Source of the DNA: Tubiluchus corallicola
Lineage: Eukaryota; Animalia; Priapulida
Reading direction: 5' to 3'
DNA: 64,000 bases
NCBI GenBank assembly: GCA_030141605.1
Contig: JAQGDQ010002403.1
Coordinates: forward strand, 18,258-82,257
Positions 1 to 9,922 of this stretch are shown piece by piece (position 1 is the stretch's first letter; every line of letters begins with the position of its first letter). The notes below the pieces were generated by a model that searched no databases, was not told where the DNA came from, and was given only the letters and a program-made list of their open reading frames with translations. A program made the translations under genes and the position numbers.

Positions 1-258
1 AGTAGGAATATTAAGAAACCTCTCATAATGTCCAAGATCCAAATCAGTTTCAGCACCATCCTCTGTTACATAACACTCACCATGTTCGTAAGGATTAAGC
101 GTACCCGGATCTACATTGAGGTAAGGATCTAATTTTTGAATGGTTACAGAATAGCCTCGTGCCTGTAACAGCTTGCCTAATGAAGCTGATAATATACCTT
201 TGCCTAACGAAGAAGCTACACCCCCTGTAACGAATATGTACTTTGTTTTTTTACTCAT
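1..258 (-). CDS. pyrG: CTP synthase (N-terminal part; runs off window start)
   Basis: Manual translation from ATG at 258: [82 protein letters not shown], the canonical CTP synthase N-terminus. Not in the ORF track because it is truncated. Confidence 0.97.
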   Translation of the reverse strand, partial: MSKKTKYIFVTGGVASSLGKGILSASLGKLLQARGYSVTIQKLDPYLNVDPGTLNPYEHGECYVTEDGAETDLDLGHYERFLNIPT

Positions 259-439
259 TGTATTGACTACTAAATAACGTTGGTGCTATATTTTCCTTAT
301 TTTTTGTTTTTATAAAATCAAGGCGATATTTGTTTTTAATTTTACCATCGTTATTGATGCGGTCTAAAATCATCTTTAACTGTTCTGACAGGCAGCAAAT
401 ATAGAAAAAAATAACAAATACGTTATTTTGCTATGTACA

Positions 440-2071
440 TTACCTAAAGGAATTTTTTATTAGTTTCTTTTTTCGTTTTCTTTTTGCGAGTTCCACATTT
501 ACCCTACGCCCATTAAAATTAGCCTGCCTAAATTTTGGAGGGATGTTTGTTGGGGTAGTAGAATCTACTTCAAAAAATGAAAAAGCATGTAGTATATCTA
601 TTTTTCCTATGCTTATATTTCCAAGATGATGATTTAAAAGAGTTAGCAAGGTTTTAGAATTTATCTCATCCTTTAAACCTATATTGATAAAAAATCGGGA
701 ATAAAACTTCCTTGATTTGCTCCTTCTTTCACTTTTCTCTCTGCTCGTAATATTAATGTCGGGTGCATTCTTATAGTAAGACAAAAAGCGATTAAACTCT
801 GCTGATACAAAGTGTTTGATAAGGTCTTCGCGACTTAGCCATTCCAGTTTTTTATGTATTACAGGCAGATATTTGTCTATCTGCGAATTGTCTACTTCTA
901 CCTTTTCTATCTTGTCTATAAGGTTAAATAGCTGCTTTTCACATATTTCTTTTCCTAATGGTATTTTGGCTTGTTCAAACTTTTTGCCTATTATTTTTTC
1001 TGTCATTCGTATTTTACCCATCTCACGGGTGTGGGCAATAGCAATAGAAGTTCCTTTTTTACCGGCTCTTCCTGTCCTTCCACTACGATGAACATAGACT
1101 TCTGTTTCATCAGGCAGGTTGTAATTGATAACGTGTGTAAGATCATTCACATCTAAACCACGTGCTGCCACATCAGTAGCTACAAGTAGTTGTAAATGTC
1201 GGCTTCTGAAACGTTTCATTACGTAGTCGCGCTGTGCTTGCGATAGGTCTCCGTGCAAGGCATCTGCATTATAGCCATCTTGCATCAATTTATCTGCTAC
1301 ATCTTTGGTCTCGTGTCGAGTACGACAAAAAACAATACCGTAAATATTGGGGTGAATGTCAGCGATACGTTTTAGGGCTATATACCTATGTTTAGCTTGC
1401 ACCATATAGTAAATATGATTTACATCTTCTGACCCTTTGTTCTTCCGACCTATGGCTATTTCTGCAGGACTACTCATATATTTCTTGCTGATTTTAGCCA
1501 CTTCTTGGGGCATAGTAGCAGAGAATAACAGTGTTTGTTTGCTCTCTGGCGAGGTTTCAAGTATAGCGTCCAAATCATCCGTAAAACCCATAGAAAGCAT
1601 TTCATCAGCCTCGTCCAATACTAACCATTGTATATTCGAAACTACTAATTTCCCTCTTTTTATTAGGTCTAAGGTTCGTCCTGGTGTACCAACTACTATG
1701 TGCGAACCTTTTGCTAAGGCTTTTATCTGTGGTTCAATGCTTGCACCACCATATATAGAGGTTACACAAAAGCCCTTTAAATGCTTTGAATAGTTTCCAA
1801 TATCCTTACTTATCTGCACACACAGCTCACGTGTAGGGCAGAGTATGAGTGCTTGCACTTTTTTTGATTGCACATCTATATGATGTAACAAAGGTAGGCC
1901 AAAGGCAGCTGTTTTTCCCGTTCCTGTTTGAGCTAAGGTAATTAAGTCTTTTTTAGAGTCCATTATATGGGCAATGGCTTTTTCCTGTACTGGTGTAGGG
2001 GTTTCAAAGCCCAAGCTATCTATCGCTTTTATTATTTCTGGTTTTAGTCCTGTTTCTTCAAATGTAGCCAT
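440..2071 (-). CDS. DEAD-box ATP-dependent RNA helicase with C-terminal DbpA-type RNA-binding domain
   Basis: Q motif (GFETPTPVQ), AQTGTGKT, PTREL, TPGR, DEAD, SAT, VAARGLD, HRSGRTGRAG; C-terminal RFFINIG...IGKIDI...FSFFEV. Confidence 0.96.
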   Translation of the reverse strand: MATFEETGLKPEIIKAIDSLGFETPTPVQEKAIAHIMDSKKDLITLAQTGTGKTAAFGLPLLHHIDVQSKKVQALILCPTRELCVQISKDIGNYSKHLKGFCVTSIYGGASIEPQIKALAKGSHIVVGTPGRTLDLIKRGKLVVSNIQWLVLDEADEMLSMGFTDDLDAILETSPESKQTLLFSATMPQEVAKISKKYMSSPAEIAIGRKNKGSEDVNHIYYMVQAKHRYIALKRIADIHPNIYGIVFCRTRHETKDVADKLMQDGYNADALHGDLSQAQRDYVMKRFRSRHLQLLVATDVAARGLDVNDLTHVINYNLPDETEVYVHRSGRTGRAGKKGTSIAIAHTREMGKIRMTEKIIGKKFEQAKIPLGKEICEKQLFNLIDKIEKVEVDNSQIDKYLPVIHKKLEWLSREDLIKHFVSAEFNRFLSYYKNAPDINITSREKSERRSKSRKFYSRFFINIGLKDEINSKTLLTLLNHHLGNISIGKIDILHAFSFFEVDSTTPTNIPPKFRQANFNGRRVNVELAKRKRKKKLIKNSFR

Positions 2072-2264
2072 AATAATTATTTATTAAACTATTGTCTTCA
2101 TAAAGCATATAATAAAACCCATCAACCAAATTAAAATTAATAAAAATAAATGCGGTAAGGGAATTGCAAATAAAAGAATAGTTGTTTATTGTTTCCTAAT
2201 ATACTGCAAAAATAGTGAATATTTATCAATATTGCTTGAAAACAGATAAAAAGTATAAAGTTTT

Positions 2265-2294
2265 TGTAACCTAATGGGCTGTTACTGTGTCTAA
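2265..2294 (+). promoter_or_regulatory. Putative ECF sigma-factor promoter (TGTAAC-N17-TGTCTAA)
   Basis: tgtaacctaatgggctgttactgtgtctaa lies ~55 bp upstream of a four-gene cluster that encodes an ECF sigma; it has AAC/GTC ECF-type elements at canonical spacing. Confidence 0.6.
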
Positions 2295-2347
2295 ACAAAT
2301 AGAGAGTAACATTTTTTAAATATTTAACCTATAAAACATATAATACA

Positions 2348-2710
2348 ATGAATGTTAATATACAAGGTATTTTAGGAGCATCAGTGCCATTTGGTTTTTT
2401 TGCAATGGTAATATTATCACTGTATTTTTACTTTAGAGCAAAAACAAAAGAGCGAACAGCGTTAATTGAAAAACTGGGAGAAGGTGTAGATGTATCTTTT
2501 CTACAAAATAAAAAAGATCCTAATGCTTTTCTAAGAAAAGGAGTGTTTCTTGTAAGCATAGGGCTAGGAGTATTGGCAGGCTATTTTCTGTCCTTTCTTA
2601 TAGAGGAAGAAAAAGAATTTGCAGCCTATTTTTCAATGATTGCATTATTTGCAGGCAGCGGTTTAGTAGCAAGTCGCTTTATTGTTCAAAAACTATCTAA
2701 AAAAGAATAG
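2348..2710 (+). CDS. Three-TM membrane protein (DUF6249-like)
   Basis: N-terminal TM helix, then YFRAKTKERTALIEK and two further TM helices; a pattern typical of ECF-associated small membrane proteins in Bacteroidota. Confidence 0.7.
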   Translation: MNVNIQGILGASVPFGFFAMVILSLYFYFRAKTKERTALIEKLGEGVDVSFLQNKKDPNAFLRKGVFLVSIGLGVLAGYFLSFLIEEEKEFAAYFSMIALFAGSGLVASRFIVQKLSKKE

Positions 2711-2786
2711 TAAATGGAAATTAAATGACTAAATTGCAAATGTGTATTTTTTAATAAAAAGTTTAACCATTAAAATTTCAATAATT

Positions 2787-3560
2787 ATGAAACTAAAAAA
2801 TAAATTTTTCGCTTTTTTATTTTTCTTATTTACTTGTGTAAGTATCTATGCTACTACGAGTAACTCAGAAAAAGAATTTGAACTCAACGCATTTTCCAAA
2901 ATAGAGGCAAGTGGTGGATACGAAATTATACTTGTACAAGGAGATAGGCACTATGTGAAAATATCAGGAAATGAGAAGTTGTTAGAAGCGACAAACATAA
3001 GTGTAAGCAATGGGAAATTAATAATAAAAAGGAAGAAGAATAGTGATAAACTGTTTAAGAAAAATAAAAATAATATTGAAATATATGTAGAGTTTAAGGA
3101 TATTGACAATATATCTGCATCTGGGGCAGTAAATTTAACTGCCGACAAGGAACTAACAGCAAATGACCTAAAAGTAAAAACAAGTGGGGCATCAAAAATT
3201 AATTTTGTAAAAATAACTGCCAACGATATTGCTGTAGATTGTAGTGGAGCATCAAATATGAAACTTGATGTTTATGCAAACTCTATAAAGTCAAAAACAT
3301 CAGGAGCATCAAAAATAGAACTTACAGGAGAAGTACAAAATCAAAGCATAAATTTATCTGGTGCTAGTCACTATAAAGCTATGGATTTGGTCGGGCAGAC
3401 TGCTCAAATAAACGTATCAGGAACAAGTAATATAGAATTAAATATAGAACAGGAGATAGATGTTAAAATCAGTGGTACAAGCGACCTGAAATACAAAGGC
3501 AATGCCTCCATTGCTAATATTCAAAGTTCAGGTACCTCATCAATAAAAAAAATTGAATAA
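2787..3560 (+). CDS. Secreted GIN-domain / DUF2807-like beta-helical protein
   Basis: Signal peptide from ATG 2787 (MKLKNKFFAFLFFLFTCVSIYA); repeated SGAS/SGTS turn motifs. Confidence 0.85.
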   Translation: MKLKNKFFAFLFFLFTCVSIYATTSNSEKEFELNAFSKIEASGGYEIILVQGDRHYVKISGNEKLLEATNISVSNGKLIIKRKKNSDKLFKKNKNNIEIYVEFKDIDNISASGAVNLTADKELTANDLKVKTSGASKINFVKITANDIAVDCSGASNMKLDVYANSIKSKTSGASKIELTGEVQNQSINLSGASHYKAMDLVGQTAQINVSGTSNIELNIEQEIDVKISGTSDLKYKGNASIANIQSSGTSSIKKIE

Positions 3561-3623
3561 AAAGGATTGTTAATGTTAAAGAATTAAAAATGGGTAATTA
3601 CTCATCTTTAATTAAGAAAATTT

Positions 3624-4184
3624 ATGGACGAAACATACCTTCGCAAAGTAAAAGAAGGTGATACAAATGCTTTTAAATACTTTGTGGATAAATATAAAGA
3701 TATGGCGTTCTCTATTGCAGTTAGCATAGTAAAAGACAAAGAAACAGCAGAAGAAGCAGTACAGGACGCCTTTATGAAAGTATACAAGAATTTAAGCAAG
3801 TTTCAAAAAAAGTCTAAATTTTCTACTTGGTTGTACAAAATAGTAGTGAATGAGGCATTACGAGCTATTGGCAAAAAAAAATTACAACAAGTAAATATAG
3901 ATAGCAGGGAGGTAGACTTAGATATTTCAGTAATAAACAACTCTATCTCAATGTTAAAAGAAGAGGAACAGAGAAAACACATCAACGAGGTTTTACTGAA
4001 ATTACCCACCAATGAGAGCCTGCTACTTCGTTTATACTACTTAGAAGAAAAAAACATTGATGAAATAAAAGAAATTACAAGTCTTAAAAATTCAAATATT
4101 AAAGTAACTTTGCATAGAGCAAGAAAAAACTTTTATCATCAGCTGGCAAAAGTATTGAAACACGAAATGGAATATCTGCTATGA
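3624..4184 (+). CDS. ECF RNA polymerase sigma-70 factor
   Basis: Region 2 (AEEAVQDAFMKVY...SKFSTWLYKIVVN) and region 4 HTH (NIKVTLHRARKNF). Confidence 0.93.
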   Translation: MDETYLRKVKEGDTNAFKYFVDKYKDMAFSIAVSIVKDKETAEEAVQDAFMKVYKNLSKFQKKSKFSTWLYKIVVNEALRAIGKKKLQQVNIDSREVDLDISVINNSISMLKEEEQRKHINEVLLKLPTNESLLLRLYYLEEKNIDEIKEITSLKNSNIKVTLHRARKNFYHQLAKVLKHEMEYLL

Positions 4185-4543
4185 AAGAAAAGGATGCTGA
4201 CATAAGAAAACTACTAAAAAAAAGCTTGTTAAAAACTCCATCGGATGATTTTAGCAAGCAAGTAATGGATAAAATACTTGCAGAAAGCCAAATTCAAAAA
4301 AATGTTACTTCAGATATTAAACTATCGTGGCTGTTTATTATTTTATCATTTTTATTAACTCCATTTATCCCAGATATAATCATCAAAAGCCTACAATATC
4401 TCCCCCAAGTAAATAACATAGTGGATAAATACCATAATATTATAACCCCTTTTTTGATTTGCCTTATCTGTGCTTTCATTCTATTACAGATAGAACGACT
4501 GATAAACTTTAAAAAACATAAAGCCATCACATCCTTTTTTTAA
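4181..4543 (+). CDS. Putative membrane anti-sigma factor
   Basis: Overlaps the sigma stop (ATGA); N-terminal PSDDFSKQVMDKI motif followed by two TM helices. Confidence 0.7.
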   Translation: MKEKDADIRKLLKKSLLKTPSDDFSKQVMDKILAESQIQKNVTSDIKLSWLFIILSFLLTPFIPDIIIKSLQYLPQVNNIVDKYHNIITPFLICLICAFILLQIERLINFKKHKAITSFF

Positions 4544-4555
4544 ACCTTATTTTTA

Positions 4556-4563
4556 TATTTTTG
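4556..4563 (+). promoter_or_regulatory. Bacteroidota primary-sigma -7 element (TATTTTTG) for miaB
   Basis: Matches the TAnnTTTG consensus, 27 bp upstream of the miaB ATG. Confidence 0.55.
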
Positions 4564-4590
4564 TAGTATGAAACAATACTATAAAATGAG

Positions 4591-5931
4591 ATGGATATAG
4601 CAAGTAAGAACAGTCCTCAACTTTTCATAGAAACTTACGGATGTCAAATGAATGTGAACGACAGTGAGATAGTAGCTTCACTAATGCAGAAAGAAGGCTA
4701 TCAACTGACAAAGCAAGTGGAAGATGCTGACCTTATATTCGTAAATACCTGCTCAGTAAGGGACAATGCAGAACAAAGAGTAAGAGGACGTTTGGGCTAT
4801 TTCAAACAATTGAAGGGTAAAAAACCTGCACTATTAGTAGGTGTAATGGGATGTATGGCAGAGCGTTTGAAAGAGAAGCTATTAGAAGAAGAAAAAATAG
4901 TAGATATTGTAGTAGGGCCTGATGCTTATCGCGACCTGCCTAAACTTGTGAATGAAGCAGAAGCAGGACAAAAGGCAGTAAACGTACTTTTATCACGCGA
5001 AGAGACCTATGCTGATGTAAGCCCTGTAAGGTATGCCTCCAATGGCGTGTCGGCTTTTGTATCTATCACACGTGGATGCGATAATATGTGTTCGTTTTGT
5101 GTAGTACCTTTCACCCGTGGACGTGAACGTAGTCGTAACCCACAGTCTATACTGCAAGAAGTAAAAGACCTCATTAGCAGCGGTTACAAAGAAGTAACTC
5201 TACTAGGACAAAATGTAGATAAATATAACTGGGAGGATAAAGTAAAGTTTGCAAATTTACTAGAACAAATAGCACAACTTAGCCCACAATTGCGTGTGCG
5301 GTTTTCTACTTCTTATCCGCAGGATATGACTGATGAAGTGCTGCATACTATGGCTAAATATAATAACATTTGCAAATACATACATCTACCTGCACAAGCA
5401 GGGAGTAGCACTATGCTTGAGCGTATGAAGCGTGGCTATACACGTGAATGGTATTTGAAACGTATAAAAACAATACATAAAATTGTGCCTGACTGTGCTG
5501 TGTCGTCAGATTTTATTGCAGGCTTTTGTGGCGAGACGGAAGAAGAACATCAACAAACACTTAGTTTGATGGAAGAGGTGAGATTTGATTATTCGTATAT
5601 GTTTAAATACTCCGAACGCCCCAATACTTATGCACACAGAAGGTACAAAGATGATGTAGCAGAGAAGATAAAACAACGTAGATTAGAAGAAATCATCAAA
5701 TTACAAAATCGTTTGTCATTGGAAAGCAACCAAAAAGACATAGGCAAAATTTTTGAAGTGCTGGTAGAAGGTGTGTCTAAAAAATCAGAAGAGAGCTTGT
5801 ATGGACGCAACTCGCAAAATAAAGCTATTATATTTCCTAAGGGAAGCGAAAAGGTGGGCGACTATGTGCAAGTACAAATAACTGACTGCACACAAGCTAC
5901 CTTGAAGGGAGATATAATACTTGAAAATTAA
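4591..5931 (+). CDS. miaB: tRNA (N6-isopentenyladenosine-37-C2)-methylthiotransferase
   Basis: [22 protein letters not shown], radical [12 protein letters not shown]-terminal TRAM domain. Confidence 0.96.
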   Translation: MDIASKNSPQLFIETYGCQMNVNDSEIVASLMQKEGYQLTKQVEDADLIFVNTCSVRDNAEQRVRGRLGYFKQLKGKKPALLVGVMGCMAERLKEKLLEEEKIVDIVVGPDAYRDLPKLVNEAEAGQKAVNVLLSREETYADVSPVRYASNGVSAFVSITRGCDNMCSFCVVPFTRGRERSRNPQSILQEVKDLISSGYKEVTLLGQNVDKYNWEDKVKFANLLEQIAQLSPQLRVRFSTSYPQDMTDEVLHTMAKYNNICKYIHLPAQAGSSTMLERMKRGYTREWYLKRIKTIHKIVPDCAVSSDFIAGFCGETEEEHQQTLSLMEEVRFDYSYMFKYSERPNTYAHRRYKDDVAEKIKQRRLEEIIKLQNRLSLESNQKDIGKIFEVLVEGVSKKSEESLYGRNSQNKAIIFPKGSEKVGDYVQVQITDCTQATLKGDIILEN

Positions 5932-5975
5932 CAACTAAGAGACTATTAGACTTTAGTTCTCTGATATTAAACACC

Positions 5976-7766
5976 TTACATTCTTTGTGGCACGTCGATG
6001 CCAAGTAGAGACATTGCATTTTTTATGTTTCTGCCAACTTGCTCGGATAGCTTGAGGCGTATGGCTTGCAGGTCTTCATCAGTTTCCTTCATTATAGGAT
6101 ATTGGTGATAGAAGTGGTTGTAGTCTTTGGCAAGCTCGTAGGTATAATTGGCTATCAATGCAGGGCTAAGGTTATCTCCTGCTTCTTTGATGACTTCTTC
6201 CATTTCGCTAATACGTTGTATTAGTTGGCACTTTTCAGGAGTTAAGTCTTTTGCAGTAGACAATACATCAGGTGGGGTTATATGGCCTTGAGCTTTTCGT
6301 ATGACCGACTGTATGCGAGCATAGGTATATTGTATGAACGAACCCGTGTTGCCATTGAAATCGATAGACTCCTTCGGGTTAAAAAGCATTGTTTTTTTAG
6401 GGTCTACTTTTAGTATAAAATACTTGAGACTACCCAGTGCTATAGTTTCATATATTTTCTGTTTTTCTTTATTTGTATAGCCTTCTAACTTACCTAGTTC
6501 TTCAGATATTTGTTGTGCTGTAGCTATCATTTCATCTACAAGGTCGTCCGCATCTACTACAGTTCCTTCACGCGACTTCATTTTTCCTTCGGGCAGTTCT
6601 ACCATCCCGTAAGAAAGATGCTCTATCTTATTGTACCATGCATAGCCCAGTTTCTTTAATACAAGCGACAACACTTTGAAATGATATTCTTGCTCATTGC
6701 CTACTACATATATATGCTTATCTATGTTGAACTCTTCAAACCGCATCAGTGCAGTTCCCACGTCTTGTGTCATATATACGGACGTACCATCAGAACGAAG
6801 CAATAACTTTTCATCCAAACCACTGTCAGTAAGATCAGCCCAAATAGAGTTGTCTTTTTTCTGAAACAACACTTCTTTTTTTAAGCCCTTCATTACTACG
6901 TCCTTGCCGTACTTGTAGGTTTCAGACTCGAAATATACTTTATCAAAATCTACTCCCAATTTTTTATATGATAAATCAAAGCCATCCAAAACCCAACTAT
7001 TCATCATCTTCCATAGTTTTAAGGTGTCAGGGTCTCCTGCTTCCCACTGGCGCAACATTTGCTGTGCTTCTCTCAGTATAGGTGCTTCTTTTTCGGCTTG
7101 TTCTTTGGATGTACCCTGTGCTATGAGCTTGGCGACCTCTTTCTTATATTCCTGATCGAAACGAACATAATATTTTCCTACAAGATGATCGCCCTTAACA
7201 CCTGTACTTTGAGGAGTTTCACCATTACCATAGCGTTGCCACGCCAGCATAGACTTACATATATGTATGCCCCTGTCATTTACCAAATTAACTTTGATAA
7301 CCTTATTGCTATTGGCTCTAAGTATTTGTGCAATAGAATAACCAAGTATATTGTTGCGAATATGTCCAAGATGTAAAGGCTTATTGGTATTGGGGGAAGA
7401 ATATTCTATCATCATTCTTTGTGGTGTAGGATTATCTATTTTAAGCCCAAAATCACTGTTCTCAATGATTTTATTGAGGGTTTCTATCCAAAATACAGAG
7501 GTGAAAGTAAGATTGAGAAAACCTTTTACAGTATTGTGGTTGGCTATAATGTGAGTATCTTTTTTCAGTTGCGCAACTATATCGTTTGCAGTGTCTTCAG
7601 GAGACTTGCGGGAGAGTTTAAGCAGCGGAAATACTACAAGTGTAAGGTCGCCTGTGAATTCTTTACGTGTTTTTTGTATCTGTACTTGCTCAAAACTGGG
7701 TGTTTTATCATATATTGTTTCTATCGTTTTTACAACGATATCCAATAAATATCTTTTAATGTTCAT
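5976..7766 (-). CDS. argS: Arginine--tRNA ligase
   Basis: EYSSPNTNKPLHLGHIRN (HIGH motif), GKMKSREG, DALR anticodon-binding domain. Confidence 0.97.
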   Translation of the reverse strand: MNIKRYLLDIVVKTIETIYDKTPSFEQVQIQKTRKEFTGDLTLVVFPLLKLSRKSPEDTANDIVAQLKKDTHIIANHNTVKGFLNLTFTSVFWIETLNKIIENSDFGLKIDNPTPQRMMIEYSSPNTNKPLHLGHIRNNILGYSIAQILRANSNKVIKVNLVNDRGIHICKSMLAWQRYGNGETPQSTGVKGDHLVGKYYVRFDQEYKKEVAKLIAQGTSKEQAEKEAPILREAQQMLRQWEAGDPDTLKLWKMMNSWVLDGFDLSYKKLGVDFDKVYFESETYKYGKDVVMKGLKKEVLFQKKDNSIWADLTDSGLDEKLLLRSDGTSVYMTQDVGTALMRFEEFNIDKHIYVVGNEQEYHFKVLSLVLKKLGYAWYNKIEHLSYGMVELPEGKMKSREGTVVDADDLVDEMIATAQQISEELGKLEGYTNKEKQKIYETIALGSLKYFILKVDPKKTMLFNPKESIDFNGNTGSFIQYTYARIQSVIRKAQGHITPPDVLSTAKDLTPEKCQLIQRISEMEEVIKEAGDNLSPALIANYTYELAKDYNHFYHQYPIMKETDEDLQAIRLKLSEQVGRNIKNAMSLLGIDVPQRM

Positions 7767-8149
7767 AATCTTGTGTATTTAAGGAGGGCAAATTTAATAA
7801 AAATGAAGGTAATTATATTTTTATAATAAGTATTTGCTAAGATTTGTTATAAAGGAATTATCACAAAATGTATAATATTTAGTGAAAACACAACGTTATA
7901 CACTATAAGAATTTCTTTCAATTTCTTTTAAATAAAAGAAAATAGAATTTATTAAAATGTAAAGTTAATGTAAAGTTTGACGAATATTTTCAACCCTATA
8001 AAACTTGTTAATCTCTGAAAATCAGCAATTACAAGAATTTCATAAAAAAAATAATTCATTTTGTTGAAAACTTTTTTTGCACAGATTACATTTTTAATAT
8101 TTATTTGACTGTTGAAACCAGTTTTTATTAACCTAAAAAAATTAAATCA

Positions 8150-8851
8150 ATGAAATGTATAATCATCGATGATGATAAACTCGTTATTAAGGTACTTGAG
8201 GAGTTCATCAAAAAAACGGAATCTTTAGAGTTAGTAGCTTCTTTTACTAACCCTATTACTGCAGTTAATTTTATAGAAACAAGAAAGGATATAAACTGTA
8301 TCTTTTTAGACATAGAAATGCCTGAAATGAGCGGTTTAGAAATTCTAGAAACTTACAAAAAACTACCTAACATTATTATTATATCCTCTAAGGGAGGATA
8401 TGCCTTTGATGTGTTTGACTATAAAGTTGCAGATTATCTTCTAAAACCTATTACATATAGCAAGTTTTTAAAAGCAGTAAATAAGACTTGGGATGTAGAG
8501 ACAAAAAATGAACTGGGAAAAGAAAATGATGAAATTTACATCAAAGTAAGCGGTTCATTAGTAAAGTTAAAATACGAAGATATTTATTTTGTAGAAGCTT
8601 TAGAAAATTATGTAGTTGTCAATACTTATGATATAAAATATACTATACACTTCACGATGAAATCAATTGAGAAAAAAGTGGAGTCTAATAAACTAACAAG
8701 AATACATAGGTCTTATATAGTTAATACTAGTAGGATAGATTATATAGAGGACAATTCTGTAGTATTAAAAATGCAAAGAGGAACGAAAATAATACCTATT
8801 GGAAAATCTTATAAAGAAAATTTTATCAACAACATCAACGTAATTAGCTAA
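8150..8851 (+). CDS. LytTR-family response regulator (orphan)
   Basis: Receiver domain (IIDDD...FLDIEMP...DYLLKP) plus LytTR domain (RIHRSYIVN); no adjacent kinase. Confidence 0.93.
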   Translation: MKCIIIDDDKLVIKVLEEFIKKTESLELVASFTNPITAVNFIETRKDINCIFLDIEMPEMSGLEILETYKKLPNIIIISSKGGYAFDVFDYKVADYLLKPITYSKFLKAVNKTWDVETKNELGKENDEIYIKVSGSLVKLKYEDIYFVEALENYVVVNTYDIKYTIHFTMKSIEKKVESNKLTRIHRSYIVNTSRIDYIEDNSVVLKMQRGTKIIPIGKSYKENFINNINVIS

Positions 8852-8877
8852 ATATATTAATTTTAAACATAAAAATA

Positions 8878-8912
8878 AAAAAGGTTGGGAAGTAATTTTC
8901 TCAGCCTTTTTT
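8878..8912 (+). terminator. Probable intrinsic terminator after the LytTR gene
   Basis: Hairpin aaaaaggttgggaa-gtaat-tttctcagccttttt (with G-U pairs) and T-tract. Confidence 0.55.
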
Positions 8913-8971
8913 ATCTTTGTATCTAAGATTGATACAGAATAAGTTTCTTAAAACATATAATTAGATACACT

Positions 8972-9802
8972 GTGTATAAATTATTCATACCGCTTATCAC
9001 ATTTATTTTCAAATTTTCTTTACTGTCTGCACAAAACTTTCCTGCCTTAGAAGACAGCCTCTCACAATACTTTAATCTACTTACTACACCATCAGACGAT
9101 GATAGTACAAAAGAACAAATCAATGAAAAAATAATAACGCTATTTAAAGAAGTATTATCTAATAAAGAGTCATTTTCATATCCATTCGAAAAACTTGAAA
9201 AAACAGGCAAACTTATGTCCCCTGACCAAAAGATAAGACTTATCAACTGGATTGTTCCTTTACAATATAACACTTATAAATACTGTGGTTTCATCCAAAT
9301 AAACGATGAAAAAACAGCACGATACAGCTTTCACGAGCTACAAGACAAATCGAAGTCTATAACAAATTTAGAGCAGGCTCAACTTAACCCTAACAATTGG
9401 TACGGTGCACTATACTTCAAAATTATAGAAACACATCACAGAAGAAATACTTATTATACTCTATTTGGATGGAACGGTAATAAAAGAAATATCAACCAGA
9501 AAATTATAGAAATATTCTCCTTGTCAGAAGATAATATCCCCATTTTTGGTGCTTCTCTCTTTAACCTCAACACACACACACAACGTCGTATTATTTTTCA
9601 ATATTCAAAAAATGTTGTGATGCAAATTAATTATAATGATAAATATAGAACCATTGTATTTGACCACCTATCTCCTCCCGAACCAAAACTCACTGGTAAA
9701 TATGAATACTATGGACCGGATTTCTCGTATGATATGTTTTATTTTAAGAAAGGAATTTGGCACTTGAAAGAAAACATAGATGAATTAAAGCCAAAGCCTT
9801 AA
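8972..9802 (+). CDS. Secreted hypothetical protein
   Basis: Signal peptide ending SA-Q; motifs NWYGALYF, YYTLFGW, VFDHLSP...YYGPDFSYD look conserved; GTG start. Confidence 0.75.
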   Translation: MYKLFIPLITFIFKFSLLSAQNFPALEDSLSQYFNLLTTPSDDDSTKEQINEKIITLFKEVLSNKESFSYPFEKLEKTGKLMSPDQKIRLINWIVPLQYNTYKYCGFIQINDEKTARYSFHELQDKSKSITNLEQAQLNPNNWYGALYFKIIETHHRRNTYYTLFGWNGNKRNINQKIIEIFSLSEDNIPIFGASLFNLNTHTQRRIIFQYSKNVVMQINYNDKYRTIVFDHLSPPEPKLTGKYEYYGPDFSYDMFYFKKGIWHLKENIDELKPKP

Positions 9803-9922
9803 ATCTTGTTGAAAATTATATTATAGTTTTCTCCTCTGTCTTCAAAAAAAAACTAATAAATAAAAATATAATACTTTTAAAAAATATTACCTTTGTATAA
9901 TATTTTAAATTATTTCAAACTT

